64,000 nt of DNA, taken from the sequence record NC_049383.1. One strand, given 5' to 3'. Of this stretch, positions 28,782 to 38,227 are shown in pieces (position 1 is the first letter of the stretch; every line of letters begins with the position of its first letter). The translations under genes and the position numbers were made by a program. Below the pieces are notes generated by a model. It was not told the DNA's origin, searched no databases, and worked only from the letters and a program-made list of their open reading frames with translations.

Positions 28782-29594
28782 TTATTTATCCTCTTTAAAT
28801 CTTTCAATTAATCTTAATGTTTCGAATGATTCACCAGTACCCAATTTACCATGTGTATTGAAATCATCTGCAACCTCTTGTGCAACCTTTTTAGTTTTCC
28901 ACGCATTTAAAGCGTGTTCAGGTTTATATTTTTCACTATCATCAAAAATATCAATGATAACAAACTCGTTCCTATGGGTATCAAAAACACCAAAACCTTT
29001 AGGTTCATAATATCCAATCTTTTCACCTTTAGTGTTATAAGCTTGAACCTTAACACCACTCATTTTTTTGGCAACAAATCGTTTTCTATCTTTTGCACTT
29101 TCCAACATATCTAAAAGCTCATAACCGTTTACATTTCTATAAGCCTCATTTTGATAATATGTTTTTGTTGCATCGAACTCAAAAACATTTGAGTTTTCAT
29201 AGTTCTCAGCTATTTTAATAGCTTCTGAGCGACTTTCAGCGACCAAGTAAGGTAAATCTATACCATTTTCATTTTTAATCGTTATAACGTGTGATTTTGC
29301 TTCCAAAATAGCATCATTAATTGATTCTACAATATTGATATTGTAACCTCTTACATACATAAAGAAATCCTTTTTCGTAAGGTCTGTATAAACCATATAC
29401 TCAAATTCCTTATGATAATACTTAGCGATTACCTCTTTTTTGTTTTTAAGATAAACTAAATCATGATATTGACCTTCTTCATCTTTAGCCTCAACAGCTT
29501 TAACACCTTTTTCCTTAACAACTCTTTTAAGAAATAAATCCCAATCATATGTGTCAACAGGGAAGCTATATTTTAAAATATTTGATTTTTTCAT
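28782..29594 (-). CDS. hypothetical protein, possibly capsid-internal (270 aa)
   Basis: Internal IVES, ILEA and MLES motifs that may separate small domains; late operon. Confidence 0.7.
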   Translation of the reverse strand: MKKSNILKYSFPVDTYDWDLFLKRVVKEKGVKAVEAKDEEGQYHDLVYLKNKKEVIAKYYHKEFEYMVYTDLTKKDFFMYVRGYNINIVESINDAILEAKSHVITIKNENGIDLPYLVAESRSEAIKIAENYENSNVFEFDATKTYYQNEAYRNVNGYELLDMLESAKDRKRFVAKKMSGVKVQAYNTKGEKIGYYEPKGFGVFDTHRNEFVIIDIFDDSEKYKPEHALNAWKTKKVAQEVADDFNTHGKLGTGESFETLRLIERFKEDK

Positions 29595-30397
29595 TATATG
29601 CGTATTTTATCGAAGTTAATTAATGGTACTTTTAATCCGTTTGATTTGGCTAAAGACCTTAGTTTCTTTTGGTATCTGTTTTTGAAAGTAGCCACAAGTG
29701 TTGCTAATTCTTTATCATTTTTAGCAATCTTCATAAGTTGCGCCTTTTCGTCTCTCGCCTTTTTAGCTCTACCAGTTAGCTTTTTTGGTCTTGCACCCTC
29801 TGTAACTTCTTCCATTTCACATTCACAGTCTTCCATTTTACAAATTTCACAATCCATTTCCTCTCCTTCCATTACTGCCTTGCCTGATTTCACCATAATA
29901 TCATTTGATAACATACCTTTAATTACTATATCTAAAAGCTCATCATCAGATAAGTCATTTAAAGAATTATCTATACCTAAAGTTGTGTCTAAACCTTTAA
30001 CGTATTTTGCGATACTATATATAGTTGCGAAAATCAATCTATCAGTTTTTAAGTGCTTTTTAAACACTTTATGAACATTATCATTTTTCGGTTTTTTAAT
30101 AGCTCTTAACTCATCCATCATTTCGGGATATGCTAAATCATATACCCCTGATTTAAGGAAGTTTAAGAAAAGACCGTCTGTAAACACCATTCTCATGGAT
30201 GCTTCTTTAACAACTTTTATTAATTTCTGACTCTCTTCTTCTGAATATCTCTCGGAAATAGCGTCTAGAATCCGTTGTGGTTGTTCACCATTTGAAAAGT
30301 CTTCCATAATAGCTACAGACTCTTCAATACTAAATTTATTTTCCAACTCAGCACCTTTTAATGCTTTGTTGAAATTAACATATGTTTTTAAACTCAT
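29594..30397 (-). CDS. hypothetical protein, possibly capsid-internal (267 aa)
   Basis: IEES and VTEG motifs, CEICKMEDCEC segment, basic C-terminal helix; late operon. Confidence 0.7.
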   Translation of the reverse strand: MSLKTYVNFNKALKGAELENKFSIEESVAIMEDFSNGEQPQRILDAISERYSEEESQKLIKVVKEASMRMVFTDGLFLNFLKSGVYDLAYPEMMDELRAIKKPKNDNVHKVFKKHLKTDRLIFATIYSIAKYVKGLDTTLGIDNSLNDLSDDELLDIVIKGMLSNDIMVKSGKAVMEGEEMDCEICKMEDCECEMEEVTEGARPKKLTGRAKKARDEKAQLMKIAKNDKELATLVATFKNRYQKKLRSLAKSNGLKVPLINFDKIRI

Positions 30398-30399
30398 TT

Positions 30400-30738
30400 T
30401 TATTTCAATTTTTTGAACTTTGATAATTTCGATTCTTCGCGCCTCATTGTAGTAACAAGATAACTTATAACACTCTGTAATTTACCTCTTACAGATACAC
30501 TTCTAAAATAAACCACGAACTCATCATCACCGACTTGTTCTATTAAATATGGTAAACTTATTGCGATAGTTACTGTTGAAATCTTAACAACCACCGAAGC
30601 GAATTTCCCCGAAAAAGTAAAAACATCATATTGAACAAAACGAGCGTGTAATCTAGACTTTAACTCAGAAAAAATTTTATTTGAGAAGTCATTTTTCTCG
30701 AACATTTCATCATCCGATTTTACCTTATAGTTGTTCAT
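30400..30738 (-). CDS. hypothetical protein (112 aa)
   Basis: ORF track; operon packing. Confidence 0.7.
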   Translation of the reverse strand: MNNYKVKSDDEMFEKNDFSNKIFSELKSRLHARFVQYDVFTFSGKFASVVVKISTVTIAISLPYLIEQVGDDEFVVYFRSVSVRGKLQSVISYLVTTMRREESKLSKFKKLK

Positions 30739-30739
30739 G

Positions 30740-30994
30740 TTATTTGTGTATTGTTAATTTAAGTGTTTTATCATCATAGGTTAATTCATAATCTGAATCA
30801 GTAATTTCATCAGCAATTGACATTGCAACTTCTTCGGAAGTTGCATACATTCCACCATCCTTACCTTTCTTGAAATCTTCACCTTTTTTGAAACCTAGAC
30901 CTTTAAGAACTTCTTTCGCATCTTTAAAAGAAAGTTCTTTTGAAGATTCCGAAATTTCTAACTCTTCTTTAATGTAATGTGTTATGTCTCGCAT
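30740..30994 (-). CDS. putative capsid-internal protein (84 aa)
   Basis: MRDITHYIKEELEISES start; first gene after TATAAATA. Confidence 0.7.
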   Translation of the reverse strand: MRDITHYIKEELEISESSKELSFKDAKEVLKGLGFKKGEDFKKGKDGGMYATSEEVAMSIADEITDSDYELTYDDKTLKLTIHK

Positions 30995-31017
30995 TTTAAT
31001 ATAATTTTGGTTTTAAG

Positions 31018-31025
31018 TATTTATA
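31018..31025 (-). promoter_or_regulatory. T4-like late promoter
   Basis: TATAAATA on the minus strand, 23 nt upstream of ATG 30994. Confidence 0.65.
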
Positions 31026-31036
31026 GTTTCAACTTA

Positions 31037-31074
31037 AAAAAGCCACACAAATATACATAATTTATGTGACTTTT
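31037..31074 (-). terminator. intrinsic terminator
   Basis: Inverted repeat whose mismatches are G.U pairs on the minus strand (aaaagtcacataaat/atttgtgtggctttt). Confidence 0.65.
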
Positions 31075-31076
31075 CA

Positions 31077-31298
31077 TTACTTTTTCCTACCAAATAAACG
31101 AGGCATTTTCCATTTTCTACTTTGTTGCTGTCTTTGTTGTTCCTCATAAGACTTTTTCTTTGCTTTAAGTTCCTCACTAACAGACTCAAAATACATACGA
31201 AATTTATAATATGGCATTTCAAGTAATTCAGATGGTTGAATACCTCTCGCTTTGTTTATTTCAATCTCACTTTTATAATAAGAAGTTGTCGTCTTCAA
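31077..31298 (-). CDS. gp51-like baseplate hub assembly protein
   Basis: SYYKSEIEINKARGIQPSELLEMPYYKFRMYF resembles gp51 (NYY.....LM......LSELE.M.PWE); probable TTG start at 31298 overlapping the gp26-like stop. Confidence 0.6.
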   Translation of the reverse strand: MKTTTSYYKSEIEINKARGIQPSELLEMPYYKFRMYFESVSEELKAKKKSYEEQQRQQQSRKWKMPRLFGRKK

Positions 31299-32193
31299 TC
31301 TTATCAAAGACAATAGTTTTGATTCCGTAGGGAAACCGCATTGGTACACCCTCCGAGTGACCACATTTTTCACATACGTTAATAATTTCATTCTTATTAG
31401 TCAATGAAACCTTTTCAGCTAATTTAGCCATATTGATTACATCTTCTTTTGCTAATTCTCTAAATGCATGGAAACAATCTTCCCAATTCTTACTATCACC
31501 TAAATGATTTCTCATGAATGGGAATAACTTAATAAATGCTTTTAATTGATGTTGTTCGATATCGTCTCTTTTAGAAATCATAAATTCCATGATTTCTGAA
31601 TTTTCTTTGATTGTTAAAGGGAAATAACCGTATGTTCTTTTCCCATCACTTGATTTAACATCAATATTAAATTTCCCATCTTTTTCATCATAATACTTAT
31701 CAATTAATGATTCTGTAAATGATAAATTTTGAGGTATAATTTTAATAGTTTGTGTATGACCACATACCTTTCCATCTGCAATATTTTCACATTTATGTTC
31801 GAATGTTAAATCTGTTTTCAAATCAGAATATGTCCTTGCAATAAGTACTAAAGCAAATCTATCAAACTGATAAATAAAAGACGATGTATCTTTAACCTCA
31901 ACATTTCCAACTCTAACTTTAACAACTTCTGAAACTAAGTATTTAAAAGCTTGGTCAACTTCCAAAGGGTTATTTTCATTTAAAGAAGTGAAATAAACAA
32001 CTTCTTTTGTTGAAAATGGTCTAATAGAAATTTGAGTTCCTTTTGGATAAAATCTACCACCATATCCTAATAAATCCATTATGATATCAAGGTGACCACT
32101 TTCTGCTATGTTTTTAGGTGTTAATTGTTTAACTCCATTTTCTTGTTTAGTCACTTCCCCAAGTGCTGAACTATAATCATTTTTTTGCTCCAT
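31273..32193 (-). CDS. gp26-like baseplate hub subunit
   Basis: IRPFSTKEV motif, two CxxC-type pairs (HKC...VCGH, CEKCGH); between the tail tube and the gp51-like gene. Confidence 0.7.
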   Translation of the reverse strand: MEQKNDYSSALGEVTKQENGVKQLTPKNIAESGHLDIIMDLLGYGGRFYPKGTQISIRPFSTKEVVYFTSLNENNPLEVDQAFKYLVSEVVKVRVGNVEVKDTSSFIYQFDRFALVLIARTYSDLKTDLTFEHKCENIADGKVCGHTQTIKIIPQNLSFTESLIDKYYDEKDGKFNIDVKSSDGKRTYGYFPLTIKENSEIMEFMISKRDDIEQHQLKAFIKLFPFMRNHLGDSKNWEDCFHAFRELAKEDVINMAKLAEKVSLTNKNEIINVCEKCGHSEGVPMRFPYGIKTIVFDKIEDDNFLL

Positions 32194-32238
32194 TTTAAAC
32201 TAATTTATTTGTTTACTTTAATATAACAATATAAAACA

Positions 32239-32271
32239 AAAAATTGGTAACATTTTTTGTTACCAATTTTT
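32239..32271. terminator. intrinsic terminator
   Basis: aaaaattggtaaca-ttttt-tgttaccaattttt downstream of the tail tube gene. Confidence 0.8.
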
Positions 32272-32276
32272 ATATA

Positions 32277-32819
32277 TTATTGTTCAGAGGTTTCTACACC
32301 ATTACCGATAACAGTAAATGCTAATTGGATAGGTTCATGGTTCGTGATATCATAATCATCGATACCCGAAATATCACCTTTTACCCACGCATCTTTTAAA
32401 GTTTTCGTAGAAATAGTGTTACCTTTTTTGTCTAAACGCTCAACGATTAAAGTTGCCATGTATTCAGAAGCTGTACCATATTCACCTGTTTCTGAGTTAT
32501 ATGCCGCTTTATGCCATTCTCTAATCTTTTTATAAACGTAATTTTGATTTGTTTTATTTAAGTTTAACGACATTGTTATCTCAATTTCTTGGGTGTTATC
32601 AACATCAGTAGAAGCATAATTTCTTTTAGCTCCAAAAGACTGTTGCTGAACATTTTCTACACCAACATCACGAAATCCTGTAACAGAAATTGCGTGTTCC
32701 GTTAATCTTTCATCAGGTGTGATATTGTCAGGTAACAAAAAAGTTAATCTAAAAAGTGAGTTTAAAACAGGTTCATACTTTAATCTACCTGCTTCGCTAT
32801 TTTCAATATGTGCTAACAT
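32277..32819 (-). CDS. tail tube protein (gp19-like)
   Basis: 180 aa; YKKIREWHKAAYNSETG...Y...IVERLDKKG...LKDAW pattern of T4-type tube proteins; follows the sheath gene. Confidence 0.85.
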   Translation of the reverse strand: MLAHIENSEAGRLKYEPVLNSLFRLTFLLPDNITPDERLTEHAISVTGFRDVGVENVQQQSFGAKRNYASTDVDNTQEIEITMSLNLNKTNQNYVYKKIREWHKAAYNSETGEYGTASEYMATLIVERLDKKGNTISTKTLKDAWVKGDISGIDDYDITNHEPIQLAFTVIGNGVETSEQ

Positions 32820-32833
32820 TGTTATAATTGTTT

Positions 32834-33319
32834 TTAAGTTTGTACATCATCAACAAATTCTCTCGAAATTATAATGAATTGTTGAATTAAATTTTTGATT
32901 TGAAAATCGTTTGAATATCCTTGCATCGTATCTCCATCGAATTTCTTAAATACTTTATAAAAGTTTTTCCATTCGTCAGTTCTACGTATAATTGTTGCTA
33001 ATTTTTTACCCTTCATAAAATCATCATCGAAATATTCAAAAGCAAAATCTTTTGGATTCTTTGAATAATCATCGAGTAAATAAACATAAATCGAACTTAT
33101 TGCCTTTTCAGCTATCTTGAAAAGCTTATCTGTTTCCTCTCGAATAGCTCTCGAATTTGGTGTTGATTTATTGTTTCTATGCCATTGAATCTCAACGGAG
33201 TTAAAATAATCAGCATATTTACAAAGTATTGTAAAGTTTTCAATCACATCATCTTTAACCAAACTTTCATTTATATTCGATTCCAATAAAGGATTATAAT
33301 AACTTATTAATGACTTCAT
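32834..33319 (-). CDS. hypothetical protein, capsid-targeting-like N-terminus (161 aa)
   Basis: MKSLISYYNPLLESNINES; inserted between sheath and tube genes. Confidence 0.7.
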   Translation of the reverse strand: MKSLISYYNPLLESNINESLVKDDVIENFTILCKYADYFNSVEIQWHRNNKSTPNSRAIREETDKLFKIAEKAISSIYVYLLDDYSKNPKDFAFEYFDDDFMKGKKLATIIRRTDEWKNFYKVFKKFDGDTMQGYSNDFQIKNLIQQFIIISREFVDDVQT

Positions 33320-33332
33320 AAAAATATCTTAT

Positions 33333-33356
33333 AAAACCACCCTCGAAAGGGTGGTG
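33333..33356 (-). terminator. intrinsic terminator
   Basis: accaccct-TTCG loop (minus strand)-agggtggt then TTT, just after the sheath stop. Confidence 0.8.
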
Positions 33357-33363
33357 TAAATTA

Positions 33364-36198
33364 TTATAATATCTCGTTTGTAATCTCGCTTGTAGTTCTA
33401 TTAACAACTAAACGGTGAACAACTTTTTCATTCACATATGAAGGAACAATAATTGTGTCCATAACACCTAAAGCGTTAGAAATAATCTCACCCGTGTTGT
33501 TTTTATCATTTACAATATTCTCATAATAATCAACTGCACCTTGTGCTTGGATTGGTCGCATAACGTTATCCATTCTAGTTTTAACAGTTAATCTATTTTG
33601 AGCTGTGTTTTTCTTACCTAATAAGAATAACGCGATTGGTCGCATTTGCTCATAAATCTGAATCATTAATTCATTTACGTGAGCATATTTTAAAGCAGTA
33701 TTTTGTGTAAATCCTGTTCTATTTCCTAAGATAATGTTTCCACCACCTGCACGGAATAAGATAGGATTAATACCTGACTTTTCTAACCATTTTCTATCTT
33801 CATCTGTAAAGTCATACTCTAAAGATTTGATATTAGTTCCAATCACAGTTCCATAGTCAGTTCCGAAAACAGCTTCATATGGATTTCCACTATTTGATTT
33901 AGCGATGAAATTGTTTGATACGAATGGTGCAGGTGGCATAATCATATCAGAACCGTTATCATTCACATTAAACCAAGGAGCATAGTAATAACCATGATTA
34001 GCACCTTGCTTTGGTGAAGCTAAACTAAATGTCTGTGTATAAGGTAAAGATGTATTACCACCTCTAAATATATACTCTGCATTGAACTTACCATCAACTG
34101 TTTGTTTAAAATATGGGTCTGTAGAATTTCTAAATTCATTTATTGAAGGAGCGTTTATTATTGTAGCACCAACATTTCTATTTTTAATAACTTGTGTAAA
34201 TTCGCTCTTTAAGTTATTTTCAATATAAGATTTGAAACCATCTACTAAATATCTGAAATCGATACGCTCTCTATCAGCTAAAGCATCACCTAATTCACTT
34301 ACCAACACATTTAAAACCTCTCTTTGTCTAGAAGCTGTGTTATTAACAAATTGCTCTCTACGTTGTTTATAAGCTCTCATTTTAAAAGGCTTATAAGCAG
34401 AAACCATTTCTTCTAATTCTAATTGTGAGATAACTTGACTAGTAGAACTATAAAAAATCTGTAATGTTTCAGAATTGTTTAGTTCAATTGTTAATTCAGG
34501 TCTTTCAGCAACATTTGTCTCACTAACATTAACACCCATATATAACGGTTTATCAAAACTCACTAAATAAACATTTTTATCAGTACCGTGAGAAGCTTTT
34601 AAAGCATCGATTTGTGCTTGTGTTAATGTTGGTCTTGCTATTACAGAACCACCATCAGATAAAGGAGCATCTAAAGGCGCACCACTTGAATCAAATTCAA
34701 CTAATTGACCCGCTTGCGCGTGACCAACTGGGTAAATAAATTCACCTTGTGCATCTTGTGGGAAAATAGTTCCATCAGCTTGTAAAGGCATTAAGTTTGT
34801 ATGAACACCAACTAAAATTTTAGTTGTACCTTTATATTCTAAGGATGTTACTGATGATAAGTTAGAATCTTTACCAACATATTTATCACCAATCCTAATA
34901 GGCATTAAGTCAACCATATACATCTTTGATGTTTCAGCTAAACTATAATCAAAGTTTGAACCATTTGGTGTTACATTACCAACTAACCAAGGATTCACAA
35001 TATTAATAGCTGTGATATCAATATCTCTACTTAAATCTTCTAACTTGATATCATTATAATCAACTGTCTTATGTTTAGTTGTCTTAACATAAGACGCTGT
35101 TTCTATTACTTGATTATCATAGTTTGATACATCAATTGAACCATCAACCTCAGTATTCCATAAGTTATGACCGTTAAAGTCTATTGGTAATACTTGTTTA
35201 CCACCATTTGATGCATAAACAATGTTATCATCAACATCAACAGTTGGAGTCCAACGACTTGCATTATCTAATACAGTTTTGTTTATACCTGCCATTAAAC
35301 CTACAGTTGTGAAATCTAAATTGATTTGATTAACAACAGAAATATTATTTCCTGCACTATCAGTTAAATCAGGAATTAAAGAACCAGTATAAACACCAAC
35401 AAATCCACTTTCAGAAATTTGAGATAATTGTGTTAAACCATCTGTCGCCTCACTTAAAGTTCCAGTTGTTGAACGAACAATACCTTCATCAGTAAATAAG
35501 TAACCATACTGAGAATTTGCTTTATTATCATCCATGTTAGTTAAATCCTTATCGAAAACAAAAATATCAACGAAAGTATCATTTATTTTATCTTTTGGAT
35601 ATAAGTAACTAGGAACAGTTTTATTTAATGTATTCGCGTAATAAGATTCAATAGTTACATCATCAATACCACTATCAAATGATTTTCTAATGAAAATAGA
35701 TTTACGACTTGAACCAACGTTAGCGATAGAGAAAAAAGCATCTAATTCAGTATTATCAACAACAGCATCAATATCAACCTTCCAAAAACGTTCCGTATTG
35801 AAAAGACTTCTAAATGGTACTGTGGTTTCACCTAAATTGTTTTTATCAGAAGATAATGCTAATTGCAATTTACCCGATAAATCTTGCTCATCATCAAATG
35901 AACGTAAGTTAATACAAGCGATTGGTACACCAGTATTCAACATTTCGAATGCCGAACGATGGAAGTAAGAACCATCACGCTCTAATGTTCTGTCAATATC
36001 ACCATAATAAGACTTAAAATTAGTCCATGTATCATGATATGTTAATGTGTTAACAGCACCTACACGAGATTGACCAACTAGGATTCTAAGACCACTAGAA
36101 GATACTAACTCAGGTACTAAACTTCTGTCATAGTACAAAAAGTAAGTTCCCGCAGGCTTGTTGTTTACTATGTTTGCTAAATCTAAATTTAATGCCAT
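33364..36198 (-). CDS. tail sheath protein (gp18-like, 944 aa)
   Basis: N-terminal PAGTYF...D.S, G.SRVG..N motifs; C-terminal PPAPFV...GINPI...ILGNRT...HVNELM typical of contractile sheath. Confidence 0.9.
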   Translation of the reverse strand: MALNLDLANIVNNKPAGTYFLYYDRSLVPELVSSSGLRILVGQSRVGAVNTLTYHDTWTNFKSYYGDIDRTLERDGSYFHRSAFEMLNTGVPIACINLRSFDDEQDLSGKLQLALSSDKNNLGETTVPFRSLFNTERFWKVDIDAVVDNTELDAFFSIANVGSSRKSIFIRKSFDSGIDDVTIESYYANTLNKTVPSYLYPKDKINDTFVDIFVFDKDLTNMDDNKANSQYGYLFTDEGIVRSTTGTLSEATDGLTQLSQISESGFVGVYTGSLIPDLTDSAGNNISVVNQINLDFTTVGLMAGINKTVLDNASRWTPTVDVDDNIVYASNGGKQVLPIDFNGHNLWNTEVDGSIDVSNYDNQVIETASYVKTTKHKTVDYNDIKLEDLSRDIDITAINIVNPWLVGNVTPNGSNFDYSLAETSKMYMVDLMPIRIGDKYVGKDSNLSSVTSLEYKGTTKILVGVHTNLMPLQADGTIFPQDAQGEFIYPVGHAQAGQLVEFDSSGAPLDAPLSDGGSVIARPTLTQAQIDALKASHGTDKNVYLVSFDKPLYMGVNVSETNVAERPELTIELNNSETLQIFYSSTSQVISQLELEEMVSAYKPFKMRAYKQRREQFVNNTASRQREVLNVLVSELGDALADRERIDFRYLVDGFKSYIENNLKSEFTQVIKNRNVGATIINAPSINEFRNSTDPYFKQTVDGKFNAEYIFRGGNTSLPYTQTFSLASPKQGANHGYYYAPWFNVNDNGSDMIMPPAPFVSNNFIAKSNSGNPYEAVFGTDYGTVIGTNIKSLEYDFTDEDRKWLEKSGINPILFRAGGGNIILGNRTGFTQNTALKYAHVNELMIQIYEQMRPIALFLLGKKNTAQNRLTVKTRMDNVMRPIQAQGAVDYYENIVNDKNNTGEIISNALGVMDTIIVPSYVNEKVVHRLVVNRTTSEITNEIL

Positions 36199-36285
36199 TT
36201 TAATAATTAATTTTAAACGTTAAAATTTTACTAACCAAAATATACTTTTGGTTTATTTTATATATACTTTTACATCAAAAAATGA

Positions 36286-38154
36286 CTAATTTTCAATCAT
36301 TTTTTGTGCATATTTACTATCATCTTTTAAATCAACCAAGTAGTTTATTTCATTGAAATTAAAACCATTAGAGGCTAAATAATCTTCTATCAACTCTCGC
36401 AAACTAGGTGGATTAACGGAAACCAACCAAGCTAAATGTAATAGAGGTGTTACCAAATCATCATGACCAACTTCGGCACAAAAATTACCCTTTTCATCTT
36501 TTTGAAAATTGGTTATTTGTCTAATAGTTTTAGAATCATAAATCCTAAATAGCCCCTTTTCCATTGATTTTTTGAACGCTTTTACACTCAAAGGTTTAAT
36601 TGCTCTGTTTGTTAAAAGTCCTACAGTCATTCTATTACTATCAGCACTACGTCTGAATTTAAAGAATGTTTCGGGGTATAATTCCCTATCAAAATTCTCA
36701 TCACCAATATTTAGGATTGTAAGTCTATGATAATCCCCATATTTATTTGCTTCGAATAAATATCTTGTTTGTTCTTGGTTTAAAATCTTTGTATGTAAAT
36801 CACACATAAATTCAGAAAAATCATCTAAACTAGTTGTATTGGATTCAAAAACCATATCTTGAACAAAATAAATATATGGTTTTCCATCAATCATTTTGTG
36901 AGTTATTCTCATAGTATGGTTTGTTGTATAATCAGAATCACCACCCAATCCCTCAGCCAAATCAGCAATATTGATATAGTAGTTTTTATTTTCCTTGTGT
37001 TCAATTTTCTTTGCAATGAATGGTGAAATACGAAGCGCATTTATACCATCACAAACATAATCATTAAGGAAATCATGTTGAAATCTATGTCTCCAATCAA
37101 CAAAATCTCTACTTATTTTATCAAGCTTTCTCATTGTTGATGGGTTCAACAATTTATCCATTGTTGCATCAAATGATAATTCGAATTGTACTTTGAACTT
37201 TTCTAGCCCAATTTCCGAAATCATTCTCTTTGCCCATTCTTTATCTCTTTTAGGAATTTGCCACCAATAAACTTTTGAAGGTTTAAATGTTGTAAGACCT
37301 TTTTCAGCTTTATTATAAAGCTCGAAAAATAAATCCTTACCATTAGGTGTTGATGTAATTATAAGTATGGAGTTATCTACTGCGGCGAGTGTCGGTTGTG
37401 CTTGTGATAAAAACTCTTCCTGTTTCTGTCTATCACCATCGAAACAAAACGCAAATTCATCAATATAAAGAATATAAACAGATAAACCATTCAATGCGTC
37501 TTTTGTACATGGTCTAGCTATAATAACACACTTATTATCAAATGATATAACCTTCTCATTCCAACCAACTATTCCCGCTTTCATATAAAACGGTAACAAT
37601 TCGTAAATTTCTTTTATCTTTGTTAAAACTTCCTTTGAAGTATCAAGTTTATTACCTAATATTGCAGTAAGTTTATTGTTCTGAAAAGTCATTTCCCAAA
37701 GTATATAAATACATGAGGAAGTGGTCTTTGCCGCCTGTCTAGACCATAACATTATATGTCTTCTACTAGGCTCTTCCAAAAATGCCCTTAATTGAGCATC
37801 CTGATAATCTCTTAATTTTATATGTCCTACACCACTACCATTTTTTAATTTACATTGTTCTTCAGCAAAATGATGTAAATTATTCATACAAATAAAATAC
37901 TCTTCTACTTCTTCTTTGGTAGGCTTAAATACTACATCAGCTTTTTTACGATTTATGTTCCAATCAAAAAATGGAGAATGTGTTTTACGACCGTTTTTTA
38001 TATTATCTGTCGCTATATCAACAGTTTCTGTAGTCCAAACCATATCAATAGGCGAATCAGCACCTTTCTGAATAATGGTTGGGTCGAACTTAGCGGGTTG
38101 TTGTGGCTTAGACTTCTTTTTAGACACTTTTTTATGTGCTTGAACTCTTTGCAT
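36286..38154 (-). CDS. terminase large subunit (gp17-like)
   Basis: LRDYQ Q-motif, SRQAAKTT Walker A region, ILYIDEFAF Walker B, ITSTPNG coupling motif, RNase H-like DLAEG...HDDLV. Confidence 0.92.
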   Translation of the reverse strand: MQRVQAHKKVSKKKSKPQQPAKFDPTIIQKGADSPIDMVWTTETVDIATDNIKNGRKTHSPFFDWNINRKKADVVFKPTKEEVEEYFICMNNLHHFAEEQCKLKNGSGVGHIKLRDYQDAQLRAFLEEPSRRHIMLWSRQAAKTTSSCIYILWEMTFQNNKLTAILGNKLDTSKEVLTKIKEIYELLPFYMKAGIVGWNEKVISFDNKCVIIARPCTKDALNGLSVYILYIDEFAFCFDGDRQKQEEFLSQAQPTLAAVDNSILIITSTPNGKDLFFELYNKAEKGLTTFKPSKVYWWQIPKRDKEWAKRMISEIGLEKFKVQFELSFDATMDKLLNPSTMRKLDKISRDFVDWRHRFQHDFLNDYVCDGINALRISPFIAKKIEHKENKNYYINIADLAEGLGGDSDYTTNHTMRITHKMIDGKPYIYFVQDMVFESNTTSLDDFSEFMCDLHTKILNQEQTRYLFEANKYGDYHRLTILNIGDENFDRELYPETFFKFRRSADSNRMTVGLLTNRAIKPLSVKAFKKSMEKGLFRIYDSKTIRQITNFQKDEKGNFCAEVGHDDLVTPLLHLAWLVSVNPPSLRELIEDYLASNGFNFNEINYLVDLKDDSKYAQKMIEN

Positions 38155-38216
38155 ATCATTTAATTTAAAAATACCTTAAAACGCATTTAAATAAGTTTTT
38201 AAGGTGCGGTTTAAGG

Positions 38217-38224
38217 TATTTATA
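38217..38224 (-). promoter_or_regulatory. T4-like late promoter
   Basis: TATAAATA on the minus strand, 62 nt upstream of the terminase ATG. Confidence 0.6.
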
Positions 38225-38227
38225 GTT

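Noticed and set aside
36286-38154. Intron or intein in terminase or other core genes
   Set aside because: Lengths are close to T4 homologues and I saw no Hint or LAGLIDADG/HNH/GIY-YIG motifs.
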